From Octopus sinensis (Eukaryota), in contig NC_043002.1 in assembly GCF_006345805.1 (NCBI RefSeq), forward strand, positions 95,852,001 to 95,916,000: DNA of 64,000 nt, in the 5' to 3' direction. Positions 48,359 to 60,755 of this stretch are shown one piece after another. Position 1 is the first letter of the stretch. Each line of letters starts with the position of its first letter. A program made the translations under genes and the position numbers. Under the pieces are notes generated by a model. It was not told the origin of the DNA, searched no databases, and was given only the letters and a program-made list of their open reading frames with translations.

Positions 48359-51300
48359 CTAAAAATAAGTGCAAATAACTTTTGAAGTTTTATTGTAAGA
48401 ATTAATAACCATAATTGTAGTAACAATAACTATAAATTTGAAATTTTATTGTAATAATTAATAAGTGATTTAGACATATGGCCAGCAAGTTTGAAAGAAG
48501 GTTTGTGATTATATCAACCTCAGTACTAAACTGGTACTTTATTTTATTGACCCGCAAAGAGATGAAATGCAATGTTGACTTAAGTAGCATTTAACATCAG
48601 AATGTAAGGAGCCAGAAAATATATCATAAAGTATTTTGTTCAATGTTCTAATGATTTATCCCAGTCCACTACTCTGAAGTTTTATTGTAATCATGTCTAA
48701 CAGAAGCAAGTTTGATGAGAAGAGAATTATATCAATTTTTGATTGGTATTTATTTTAACAACTCTTGATGTTGACCTCAGCAGGGTTTGAAAACTTTTAT
48801 GTAATAATGGCTTCAAATTTTGGCACAAGGCCAGCAACTTGAGGGCAGGAGAAAAGTTGATTACACTGACCCCAGTGCTCAACTGGTCCTTATTTTATCA
48901 ACTCTGTAAGGATGAAAAGCAAAGCTGACCTCAGCAGAATTTGAACTCAGAGCACAAAGACAGATGAAATGCCACAAAGCATTTGGCCTGATGTGCTAAA
49001 AATTCTGCCAATTCAATGCCTTAAAACTTTTTTGTAATAATAATTATATTTTAGAGCAGACTTACATTAAATGTTTCTTGACCATGGCCATCTTGTGTTT
49101 TGTATATTTAGGACAACATTACTCACTGTTCTTCTTCTTCTTCCAAAATGGTGGGAAGTGTGAATTGTGGAAATTTCTATTTGCTACTTCTATAAGTCAA
49201 TCTATAATACAGAGGCTCTCTCTTTGGGTCTGTATACATCAATAAGTCCACCTATATGCAACACATACTCATAGGTTAGATGTGTATCAGTAACTGGAAA
49301 ACAGCTGTTACAAAATTCCTATAAACATAATTTCATAGTCTGGTACGAAATTATAAGTGTATAGTGTAGAGATTAAAAGTGATAGTGTGTTGTTTATCTC
49401 TTTAAATAAACAAGGACAGTTTATACAAGTGAAACAACAATATAATGTTACTAATATTGATTTTTGGTTTCACGTGTACAAGGCCAATTTCATGCGAGAA
49501 ACCATCATAGTCAAACCTATCAAGTTTAACATATTACTCAAACATATTTTATCACATCCAGATGGATGAAAAGCTATATTAACCTGAATAAGATTTGAAC
49601 TCATACAGAAACAAAATAAAAACTATATGACATTTTAACCTGACATTTCATTATCTCTATCACCTCAGCCTTGGAACCAATAATGGAGGTATTATCAAAC
49701 AAGATTTCATTGTGGCTTGTGAGATAAATGTGCCCTTATTAATTTAATCTCCATTTCTGCTGTATTTATAGCTTATTAATTTTTTTGTTTTTATAAGATT
49801 ATCTTTTATTCAAATTTAAATACAAAGAAACGGGAAAAAAGGGAGATAAGAAAGGAAAAGAAAAAGGGTAAAAAAGGGTAGTAAAGCAGAAGACAGAGGG
49901 GGAGAAGGTGATGGTCCACATAAACTTCTGTGATCTAACTACAGGGCCTAGTTTCAGAGAGAGAGAGACTAAACAATTATAGAATGAAACAAGCTGACAC
50001 TGAATCAGCTTCACTGACTGACAGGTGACAGTCATTTAGAGAATGCACGGGCTAAAACTATGCGCATTCACTAGCCAGTTAAGGTGAGACAGTGTCACAT
50101 GACAACTTGCTGGGGCTGCCTGCTGGAACCTAGCTGCAGGTATTTAAAGGGAAAAATTTGACAAGTCAGTCAGTCACCAGCTAACACTCGCTGACGCTAC
50201 ATTGAAGAGGTCAGAGAACAGAAGAAAGAAGAAGAAAGAAGACATGCACCCAACACCAGAGCTGAAGACACCTCCGAAAGGAAGGGCCCCGCCACATCAA
50301 AATGGTAGAGGAGTAGGGGCCGAAACCGGACGTGGTTCCTCCTGATGATGTTTTGAGCTAACTGGATCCTATAAAGGAGCTGTTTTTAGTAGCAGACCAC
50401 AAAACACGGTTGTAATTCCTCTTTCTAAAACAATCCATATCAAATACAATGATGTAGAATAAGGAACACTTTGAAGAAATTTTGATTTTAAATTTTAGTA
50501 GCTGGCCATATGTGGTCCTGCTACTAAAGTTAGAGCATAATAAGCCTGTGCATGTTGCAGCCTATGAATGTTGTAGCTTATGAGTATTGCAGACAGAAAC
50601 AATTCCAGTTCATCACTGGTGCCTATACTCATTTATATATCTACTTTAATGTTAATTAATCCTAATTATAAAAGGATTTCTAGCTTTGCTTTAAAAAGTT
50701 TGGTGGTTATAACCACCAGTTTCAGCAGATCTAACAAACAGATGACATCTTTAAGTAGTTTTATTAATATTTTGATATCAGTAAGTATATGGCTGTGTGG
50801 TAAGAAGCTCTGCTTCTCAACAACATAGTTCTGGGTTCAGTCCCACTGTGTGGCATCTTGGGCAAGTGTCTTCTACAATAGCCTCAGGCCAACCAAAGCC
50901 TTGTGAGTGGATTTGGTATATAGAGACTGAAAGAAGCCAATTATATAGGTGTGTGTGTGTGTGTGTATCTATGAGTGTATATTTCTGTGCCTGTTTTTGC
51001 TCCCCACCACCAGTGGTGGTGGTGTGTTTACGTACCCGTAACTTAGCGATCTGGCAAAAGAGACTGACAGAATAAGTACCAGGCTTTAAGAAATAGGCCC
51101 TAGAGTTGATTTGTTCGACTAAAATACTTCAAGGTGATGCCCCAGTATGTCCACAGTCAAACAACTGAAGCAAGTAAAATATAAAACATTTCCACTTTCC
51201 ATTACCCTTTGTTAATATCCTTATATTAACATCTATATGTAAGGTTAACTTTGCTAGAAACTTCAAAACTCTTTAATCTTTCAGTACATTTCCAATAAAG

Positions 51301-51858
51301 TTTGTTTCCCTAAATAATATTACGTATTAAACCAGGGCTCTTTAGTCTTACCAAGGGCAAGATAACCTCTATAGAGTTGGCACCATGACAAAAAATGCAC
51401 CTGGTACATTTTGTAAAGTGGTTGGTGTCAGAAAGAGCATCCAGCTATAGAAACAATGCCAGAACTGGGATATTGGAGCAAGAAGTGGCTCTCTGATCTA
51501 CTGGATCCTGTTGGCTCGTCCAACCCATGCTAGCATGGAAAGTAGCTGAAAAATGGTGAGGAAGAGGAGGAAGATGACTCAGTTAAATATATTTAAATGA
51601 AATAGGTGGTGAACTGGCAGAATCGTTAGCACACCGGGCGGAATGCTTAGCAGTATTTCGTCTGTCATTACGTTCTGAGTTCAAATTCTGCCGAGGTCGA
51701 CTTTGCCTTTCATCCTTCCGGAGTCAATAAATAAAAGTACCAGTTTCGCACTGGGGTCGATGTAATCGACTTAATCCCTTTGTCTGTCCTTGTTTGTCCT
51801 CTCTATGTTTAGCCCCTTGTGGGCAATAAAGAAATATATATTTAAATGAAATACATAC

Positions 51859-51926
51859 CTTCAATCGAACTCCAATTCCCATGTTTTGTAAAAAACTACC
51901 TTGTGTTGTAGGACCAAAAATGTCAA
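51859..51926 (-). CDS. NDUFAF7: NDUFAF7 internal exon
   Basis: VDIFGPTTQGSFLQNMGIGVRLK; phase 1-0. Confidence 0.95.
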
Positions 51927-53324
51927 CTTTAAAAGATAAAAATAGATATATGTTTCTGTCATTCAAAGTAAAATTTGTATAAAAAGATAGAAAATTGATT
52001 TTATAATTCATGCAATATTTTGTACTAGCATTTGGCATGTATGCCATCAGATGCACAATGCAGTTTCAGTTCCTGACAGAAACCATTTTACTACACTTGG
52101 GAAAACATTAATGTCACAACTTCTAATTTTCTGATTTTCTGTGGTCGTTGTAGTAACATCTGTTTTCTATGCTGTTTTCTATGCTGGCATGGGTTAGACA
52201 GTTTGACAGGAGCTGGCTAACTGAAAGGCTGCCTGGACTTCATATCTGTTTTGCTATGATTTCTATGGCTGGATGCCCTTCCTAATATCAACCACTTTAC
52301 AGAGTGTACTGGGAGCTTCTATCTAGCACCAGCAGGGGCGCTTTTACATGGCACCAGCATGGGTGCTTTTTATGTGGTACTAGCACCCATGTACCCACAA
52401 GATTAGGATCACTCAGCAGAAGAGGAATGTAGGGGATATGCCTGTTTGCAAGAACAACTACAATTTTACTTGCCTTGATGTGTCTTCTCAAAGCATAGCA
52501 AACTGCCAGAAGTCTCAGTCCCTTATCATCCCCTCTGTGAGGCCCAATGTCTGTAGATCCTTTCTCACTATCATATATATATATATATTGTGGAGGTGTG
52601 TGGCTTAGTGGTTTGGGTGTCAGCATCATGATCGTAAGAATGTGGTTTCAATTCCTAGACCGGGCGAAGCATTGTGTTCTTGAGCAAAACACTTCATTTC
52701 ACATTGCTCCAGTCCACTCAGCTGGCAAAAATGAGTAACGCTGCGATGGACTGGCGTCCCGTCCAGCTGGAGAACACATACGCCATAGAAACCGGGAAAC
52801 CGGGTTCATGAGCCTGACTAGGCTTTAAAAGGGTGCATTTATTTATTTATATATATATATTGCATCTTTGTGTCTATGTTTGTTTTCCCATACTGCATGA
52901 CAACCAGTGTTGATTTATTCACTAAGCAGTTCAGCAAAAGAGACCAAGAGAATAAGTACTAGACTTAAGAAAAACTAAAGGTACTGGAGTTGATTTGTTT
53001 GACTAAAGCCCTTCAAGGTGGTGCTCCAGCATGGCCACAGTCAAATGACTGAATTAAGCTAAAAGATAAAAGAGACTTTGTTTATCAGATCAAAATGAAG
53101 TTAGAAGAATATTCTCAACTTATCCTGCTAACTTCACTTAGCTAGAACTTTGACTGTTATATTTTTATTTTGCTCAGTAGTGCCCCAGCATGGCTACAGC
53201 CTTCGGGCTGAAACATTTTTAAGGATTTAAGGATTTATATCAGAATCAGCAACAGTTTTCTACCCAACTGTACATGAAATGGATTGAAGAACTAGTCTTA
53301 AGAAATAAAAATTTAAAAAATTAC

Positions 53325-53433
53325 CATAATTAGAAGCTACTTTGGATATATATTTGAAGTCAACGTCTGCTGTTAGATCTGCAAATCCTGGGTTTAAAAA
53401 TACATCACTCTGAACTTGATGTTTAAAAAATCC
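53325..53433 (-). CDS. NDUFAF7: NDUFAF7 internal exon
   Basis: GFFKHQVQSDVFLNPGFADLTADVDFKYISKVASNY, with the conserved PG.ADLTADVDF motif. Confidence 0.96.
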
Positions 53434-53598
53434 CTGTAAGAGAATATTTAACAAGGAAAAAATACAATTTATTTGAGGGCCTCTTTTTTCTTTACTTTTA
53501 ATTTTCTGAAATATGATATATTACATTTTTCAAAGTGTTTTTATTTTAGGAGAACAGCTGGCTGAGCTAATTAAGATACTGGACAATAAACTGAGGTA

Positions 53599-54025
53599 GG
53601 ATCTTTTCAGTTTGAACGGCAGTTTTTTCTAGCGGTGTCATATGAAATTGTCACCCATAATTATAACCCTAGTATCGATCTATTTCATTTCAATCTCTTT
53701 TAGGGTTAGGGTTAGTTAGGGTTAGGAGTGGGGGAAGGGTATCTTTTTCTTCTTCACAAATGTAAATAAACCCAATCTGTTTCTTAAATGAGGGACATAT
53801 TCATACAGCACAGAATGTTTTTTACCTCAACAGACGTCAGTGATTGGTTGAAATTGCAGAAATTGAAGAAAAAAAACAACAAATATCTTACAAACTATAG
53901 AATTTTCTCAATAAAGCCAAGAGAAAAATATGTTTTATAAACACATTCTACCAGTATACGAAGTTTAAAAGTGTTTAGTTACCTAGAAATTATGTTAAAA
54001 ACAGCCGTTCAAACCGAAAAGATCC
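53599..54025 (+). mobile_element. Merlin-like MITE copy 3
   Basis: Same TIR with single changes; 8-bp TSD CTGAGGTA; internal TTAGGG tract. Confidence 0.85.
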
Positions 54026-54597
54026 CTGAGGTAAGAACTCTGCATCCTGTCATTGCATTGAGTTTGTTGCTATGACATATAATTATCCATGCTCTAATTC
54101 TACCATCCCTAAATATCTGTTCTAGAATAGTATGGTAGCCCCTAAAAACAGTGGATGTATCATAAAATTTCTGAATTATCATTAGCTAACAGTTGCGAAC
54201 TGAAATATTTTCAGGTGGGTCTGTAGAAAACAATGGGCAAAAAAATAGCTTTCATGTATTCCTCCTTTGTATAACTACAGAAAGATTGGGTTTTACAGTC
54301 CTCATCAATCAACCAAATAGAGATTACATGTTTATCTATCACAGCCTAACTCAGTATCTCTGCTGTTAAAAAATTACCAGCAACAAATAGGTGCATGCAG
54401 TTAAGTTTCAGACAAGTTTATTCTACCATAACGTCTAATTGACCAAAGTCTTGCCAGTGAAATTTGGTAAACAGAAGCTGTGTGGAAGCCCGTTAGAAGA
54501 AGCATTTCTATTCTTAGGTGATAAGCTTAATCTATTGCCCAGTTTAACACCATTACTTAATAACTTGAGTTCACTTTGTTGCAAGCTAGGTGTTTAA

Positions 54598-54818
54598 CCC
54601 TTTCATTACCAACCCGGCCAAAACCGTCTCTGGCTCTGTAGTACAAATGTCTTGTTTTCTTAAGTTTTGAATTAAAATCTTCTACCAAACCTTAGTCACA
54701 ATTTATGTTACTATCACTAGCTTAATGGTAACTAAATTATTTTTCTAAATTCTTTGTTATATTTAAAATAATTGAAAGAAACACAGAGCATCTCAAAATA
54801 AATACGGTAATGGAAAGG
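54598..54818. mobile_element. piggyBac-like MITE family 2
   Basis: TTAA|CCCTTTCATTACC ... GGTAATGGAAAGG|TTAA. Confidence 0.7.
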
Positions 54819-54928
54819 TTAACCTAAGGACGACTTCCTCTCAGCCATCTTTTGCCTTTCAGTAAGCACTTTCCTCAATCTAGTATCCCTTAACAAGTTT
54901 GTTAGAATATAGTGGATATAAAACTCAC

Positions 54929-55078
54929 TCTCAGAGTATCCATTTTTTCTCCATTGTGACCATAATCAGCAATCAATGCAAAGCCACCATTTTCTGCAAT
55001 TCTGTGAGACAGGGTTTCAATAATTGCACCAGACTCAAAACTCATTTCAATATGGTCTCTGTTGTCCTTTTCATCAAC
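54929..55078 (-). CDS. NDUFAF7: NDUFAF7 internal exon
   Basis: VDEKDNRDHIEMSFESGAIIETLSHRIAENGGFALIADYGHNGEKMDTLR, with the conserved DYG motif. Confidence 0.96.
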
Positions 55079-55339
55079 CTGCAATAAATATATGTTGACA
55101 CAATACTTTCAAGACAATCCAAAATTAGTTAAATTCAAAGTAAGCTAACAAAATATCTTCAGTACACAAATGCATACAAAAAGAATGTTAAAAAGAAATA
55201 TAATCGAAGAAAAGATTATAATAATAAGAAGAAAGAGTCTATTGATATAAATTTAAGAATAAAAATTACAGTGGGAAAAAATCCAATATTAATAATGTTG
55301 ATACTAAGAAAAACATATATGTAAATAACAGAAAGAACA

Positions 55340-56229
55340 TATCAAAGAATATTATCTGGTATAATGCACCATTCACTTACTCAATAGCTACCAATATTCC
55401 TTAAAAATTCTTCACTGCACTAGATATTTCCCACCTTCAATTAAATATGGGAAATTATTCAATCGCCACAGTATGAAATTTTTGTATTCAACCACCATAA
55501 ATTTTGCTGAGATTGTAGCAGCACATAACAAACAGAGAATTAGAGAATATCTTAACTAAAAATCTGTAAACAAGAGTAGAATCAACAGTGTGTATTGTGA
55601 AACTAAATCTAATGACGTTTCCTGAACTAGATTTCAATTCTTTAAGTAGAAGTAACTCTGATTCTGATAAGACAGCTAAGTTAACACCTAGTTTTAATAT
55701 TAATAATAACAATAATAATATTGATAATAATAATAATCTTGCCTTAACACCCAATTCTGAGAGGAAGACTAGTAGGAATTCTTTTAACCATGAGTACCAA
55801 ATACAAGTGAATAAATGTCTGTGTAATTGTAAAAACAAAATTGTCTGTCCTTCAGAAAATCAGTGTTTAAGGAAAAATATAGTGTATCAATGTAAGTTAA
55901 TAACAGGGGATGGTAAGTATATCTACATATGTTCATCTGCTACAATTTGGAAATCTAGATTTTATAATCATTTCCATTCATTTAAGTATAGAAGAAAAAG
56001 TAATTTTACAAATCCTAGTAAATGCATTTGGGATTTCAAAGACAGGAACATTAAGTGGTCCATTATTAGTTATACACCATCATACAATATTGGCAATTCT
56101 ACATGTGATCTTTGTCTTGAAGAAATGTATTATATAATTACTTTTAAATTAATATTATTAAATTATAATGATAATTTTACAATGGAACATCACAGATTTC
56201 AGAATGAATTTAGATACTTCAATTCTTAA
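55340..56229 (+). mobile_element. Penelope-like element 3' relic: post-RT motifs, zinc knuckle and GIY-YIG endonuclease
   Basis: Frameshifted NIIWYNAPF...TNI...FPP..K..KLFNR...AAHNK, then CNCKNKIVCPSENQCL, IVYQC..YIYIC (degenerate GIY-YIG), KSRFYNH, CDLCLEE..LLN. Confidence 0.85.
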
Positions 56230-56250
56230 TTATAATTGCTTTTTACAAAT

Positions 56251-57403
56251 TGTTACGGCGGATCCCCCGTCATCGCTCGCCCGAACGGCCCACCAGTTCG
56301 CCACGGAACCCAAAGAGGCGGAGAGAGGAGATACAGATAGATACTGCCACAACCTCAACAGCACAGAGATACAGAGGCACAACCCGAGATACAACCCAAA
56401 GAGGCAAGGCAACAACTGGCAACACTGGCTTATATTCAAACAACAGTTTATACGACAATTACAATTGTTACAACATCAAAGCATTTAAGGCAAACAACAA
56501 ATCAATACATCATACGGTATACCACAGATCAAAGCATTTAACAATATGCATGTAACAATATAACAGTGTTCAGTAACGACACAACAAGTCCAGATCAAAT
56601 AATGTTCACGATACGTCACAGTCCAATCAGAACACTTCGATACATTATACAATGTTCGTATCACAACAATTCACGTTACAATTCAACAAGTCCTTTACTC
56701 AATTCACAATGTTCTTTATCGACTACATCGACAGAGTCTCTGACTGTTCCCTTCACTGTTCAATACACAAATCACATACCTTAATTCCTAACTGAATCTG
56801 CCAGTGTCCCATTCCTCTCAATACTGCTAATTCCTCTGAATACTGCTAATTCCCCTCTGCGCCGCCAAGCTTTCTCGCACCCAACTTGCTCCTAAGAATT
56901 CCAACGCTTGCTCCTTAAATCCAAGGTCCGTCTGTCTTCTTCGAGGACCGGCCAGCGACTGCAAGATCCGTCTGCGTTCCTCGACGACCGCTCAATGACT
57001 GCCAAGACCTCACTTCGTCTCTGTGCTTCTTCCACTCCCTCATCTCCCTCTGTACCGCTCATACCCTCTCTAACTGCCCTGGTCCTTATACTCTATCTAT
57101 ATCCTCAATCTGTCCCTTACTGCTTATCCTTTCTATTTGCCCTCTGCTCTTACTCTATCGCCTGCCAGACTCTTCCTCTCTATCTGTCCCTTTTCTCTTA
57201 CACTCTATCTCTATTTGCTCTCAGCCCTTAATCTGTCTTCCTCTCTCACATTCTCCTGACCCTCTTCTCAGCCGCACGAGGTCACAGGTCATTCCAAAAC
57301 CCATTAGTCCTCCATTAGACAAAAGACTCACATTTTCACCAGACATGATGGTGCCATTATTCCTATGTGGGACAGAAACACTGCACTAGTTAAACCCGTA
57401 ACA
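56251..57403. mobile_element. Probable solo LTR (about 1153 bp)
   Basis: Starts TGTTACGG and ends CCGTAACA (8-bp inverted ends, TG...CA); flanks AAAT/ATAT (imperfect 4-bp TSD); no coding capacity. Confidence 0.65.
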
Positions 57404-57853
57404 ATATTATATAATAAACATAATTTTTCTAAAGATGTTTGGTATATTAAATAGATAGATAACTAATTATGATATAAAATCTCTATGATATACAGTCACT
57501 ATGTTTCTAATTCCTGTAATGTAGAATTCATATGTTTATTTTTTTTATTCTTTTGTTATCCACTGACATCACAAAGAGTTGAATATAAAAAAAAGCTTTT
57601 CTTTGGCTATATTTTTTCTTACTGTTGTTTTTGTATGCATTCATGTACTGGGGATATTTTCTTAACTCACTTTGAATTTAACTAATTTTAGATTGCCATG
57701 TTAACATGTAGTTTCAGATAAATTAATTTGAATGTTGTTGTATTTCGGAACGGTCATTTTGCCAGTTTAGCTAATAAAAACACATGCACTATATATTTGG
57801 TGTTACTTTGCTTCAGTGTTATTTATTTATTACATTAATCTTAATCTTATTTC

Positions 57854-57898
57854 GGCCAGAGTTCTTTCGTCACACTCCTGTGACCGCATCAGTGGTCC
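57854..57898 (-). ncRNA. Hammerhead ribozyme motif (family H2), probably inactivated
   Basis: GGACCA-CUGAUGC-G-GUCAC-AGGAGU-GUGAC-GAAA-GAAC-UC-UGGCC; core A9 is C in this copy. Confidence 0.65.
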
Positions 57899-58599
57899 TT
57901 TGCTTTCTTCTTTCTTATTTGTGTGTCTCTCCTTACTAACCGTCAGCCATTTTGTATTCCTATTGCATGTTTTCATTTGCACATGTGTATATCTCTATGT
58001 GCATCTATGTTTAGTTAGTGTGTGTGGGGGGAATGCCTGTAATATTTGCATCTTCTGTTTATATACGTTCGTGTAATTTGTTTTTGTTTTGTTTATTCTT
58101 ATTTTGTTCATGTGTTTACACCCACTTATTATTATTATTATTATCATTATTATTATCATTATTATTATTATTACGTATGCTTCTATGTATGTATGTATGT
58201 ATGTATATATGTATGTATGTATAACAACAACACTAGTAATTATTAAAAAAAATTTTTTTTAATTAAAAAAAAAAATTTTAATTTAGTTTGAATGATATTT
58301 TCTGTATCTAGATATGTTGATACAAAGGAAACAATCGTTGGCTTTGTATGATGAATTCAACAATTAGAGATGTGGTTTTCTCTATCTATATTTTAGTTGT
58401 CTAATGCTCTGAATTTCTTGAAATTCTTCCAAATGATATTTAGGTCTACTCGTCATACATAAGGAATTATTTTGAATGTGTATTCTACTCACATTTATTG
58501 GTGTCTGATTGTTTGATATAGTTAACCAAGTTCATTTAAGACTGAGTGCTTTATTGATATCCACCTCAATTTTTTAATTCCTTTTCTTTTCTCACTATA

Positions 58600-58964
58600 T
58601 CTATTATATAAAATCTGTTCTGTCTGTCTGTGTGTCTTCTAGGATCTCGGCCATCCTCCATCCGATTGCGCTCAAACTTGATATGAAGATACCGACGGTA
58701 CCAGGGCATGTATAAGTCTTGAAAATATTACAAAAATTGATTCCAGGTGAGAATGTGATCGATAAAGCCGTGGGAACATGCATTTATACGTGCAAGTACA
58801 TCAGTCGAAATCTGTCATTTGCTGGTGTCTCAAATTTAGGTTAAATCAGTGTTTCTCAAAGGGGAGGCCTATGGGACGGTCAGACAAGTTGTTTTGAGAA
58901 AATTTGGTTTAAATGTTTGACAACTCAGCACTGTCCATTGGACGGGGGAGGGGCGTTTTGCTCG
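58600..58964 (+). mobile_element. Probable non-autonomous Helitron
   Basis: A|TCTATTATATAAAA 5' end like the 32232 copy; ends CTCG|T after a GTCC-ATT-GGAC hairpin. Confidence 0.5.
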
Positions 58965-59089
58965 TGTATATATATATATATATATTATATATATATATAT
59001 AATTTCAACAATTGAGGGTAAAATTAATTAATTAATCAATTTCACCAAGTGTTCAGTATGCAAAGGGACCATTTAAGGCGAATTCAAAT

Positions 59090-59371
59090 TATTACATTAT
59101 ATAAAAGGGCTTAGTAAAATAAATTACTTTGCCGCATACTGAACTCATTAGAAATAGCAGCTAAAAAAACATTTATAAAACTATTTCTAATACTTAAAGA
59201 AAACCTTTCTCATATAGTGTTTGCTCAGTGAGTTGAATTGAGCAAACACTATATGAGAGAGGTTTTCTTTAAGTATTAGAAATAGTTTTATAAATGTTTT
59301 TTTAGCTGCTATTTCTAATGAGTTCAGTATGCGGCAAAGTAATTTATTTTACTAAGCCCTTTTATATAATG

Positions 59372-59376
<5 letters not shown>
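59090..59376. repeat. Long palindrome P1: 138-bp arms, 11-nt loop, 1 mismatch
   Basis: Arms 59090-59227 and 59239-59376, checked by eye. Confidence 0.95.
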
Positions 59377-59440
<64 letters not shown>

Positions 59441-60265
59441 GACAGACAGATAGACATACAGACAGGCAGACAGACATACAAAAACACACACACATTTATA
59501 TTTATGCATATCTTTTGGATAATGTCAACCAGAAATTACAGGTGCAGGCATGATTGTGTAGTTAAGAAGTTTGTTTTGTAACTACTTGGGTTTGGCATCA
59601 CAAGCAGATTCTTCTACCAACCCCTCTGATTAACCATTAACTTGTGAGTGGAATTTGACAGAGTGAAAGAGTGAAGTTAAATGTAAATCTATCATATGAA
59701 TATGATGAGTATGCTATGTGTGTGAGTATATGTTTATATGTGTGTGTGTCTGTGTGTGTGTCTGTGTGTGTGTGTGTGTGTGTTAATATCTGTCGCTATA
59801 TGTCAATAAAGGTTGTAAACATAATTGAAATATTAGGTGTTAAAATCATCTGAGTAACAGATACTTCCTTAACACATCAGAAATATTGTGAATTAGCGAC
59901 CAACGTGTGGGAAACCTGTAACCAACAATGCTATTGTTCACAAACTGTGGTATACAATAAATAAATAGCTTTTGTTCCTGAAATAAAGCTTGGTATTTTT
60001 ATCTCTGATGTTTCTGAAATAAAATTAAACATTTTGGAAACTTTAGACATTTTTTGTATTTGTTGGTTCAAAATCAGATAGAATCTATTTTAAAGGCTTA
60101 CAAAAAATGTTTGTGTAGCTGCATGGCAAGAAGTCTGATTCCCAATCACATGGTTCCAGGTTCAGTCCCACTGCATGGGGTACCTTGGGCAAGTGACTTC
60201 TACTATTGCCTCCGGCTGACTGAAGCCTTGTTAGTGGATTTGATAGAAAGAAACTTAAAGAAGAC

Positions 60266-60306
<41 letters not shown>

Positions 60307-60638
60307 GTGTGTGTGTGTGTGGGCATACATGTTGTCATGACCCCTACCACTGCTTAACAACTGGTGTTGCTGAAATAGTCTCTGTAACTTAGCAGCTCAG
60401 CAAAAGAGATCAACAGAATAAGTACCATGCTTAAAAATGAAAAAAGAAGTACTGAGATTGATTCATATGACTAGAAATTCTTCAAGGTGTTGCCCCAGAA
60501 TGGCCACAGTCTAATGACTGAAACAATTAAAAGACAAAAGATAACATTGTTGTCAGAAATTAAAACATCAGAGATAAAAGTAGAAAATATTAAAAAAACT
60601 GGATTTAGAACGACAAACGAAATAAAAAATATACTTAC

Positions 60639-60755
60639 TTGGAAGATAACCAAAGCAGGAGTAGGAGATTTTGAGACTGTGAATTTAAAATCGTTCGGAG
60701 AAGATAAATCTAAATTTAAATCAACAAGAACCTCTCGCCATCCACGTTCTGTTTT
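60639..60755 (-). CDS. NDUFAF7: NDUFAF7 internal exon
   Basis: KTERGWREVLVDLNLDLSSPNDFKFTVSKSPTPALVIFQ (human KTPQGWREVFVD); CAG and GTAAGT boundaries. Confidence 0.93.

Noticed and set aside
49120-49200. Possible extra minus-strand exon (EVANRNFHNSHFPPFWKKKKN) with AG and GTGAGT boundaries
   Set aside because: Its phase does not fit the phase-0 junction between NDUFAF7 exons 51859 and 48358, and there is no homology.
55588-56229. 213-aa ORF as a functional host endonuclease gene
   Set aside because: Non-ATG start, YIG changed to YIC, and upstream motifs broken by stops and frameshifts; a transposon relic.
57555-57600. Plus-strand decayed hammerhead (CTGACA-TCAC-AAAGA-GTTGA) as the pLTR of the GIY-YIG relic
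   Set aside because: The core and GAAA are too degenerate to distinguish from chance.
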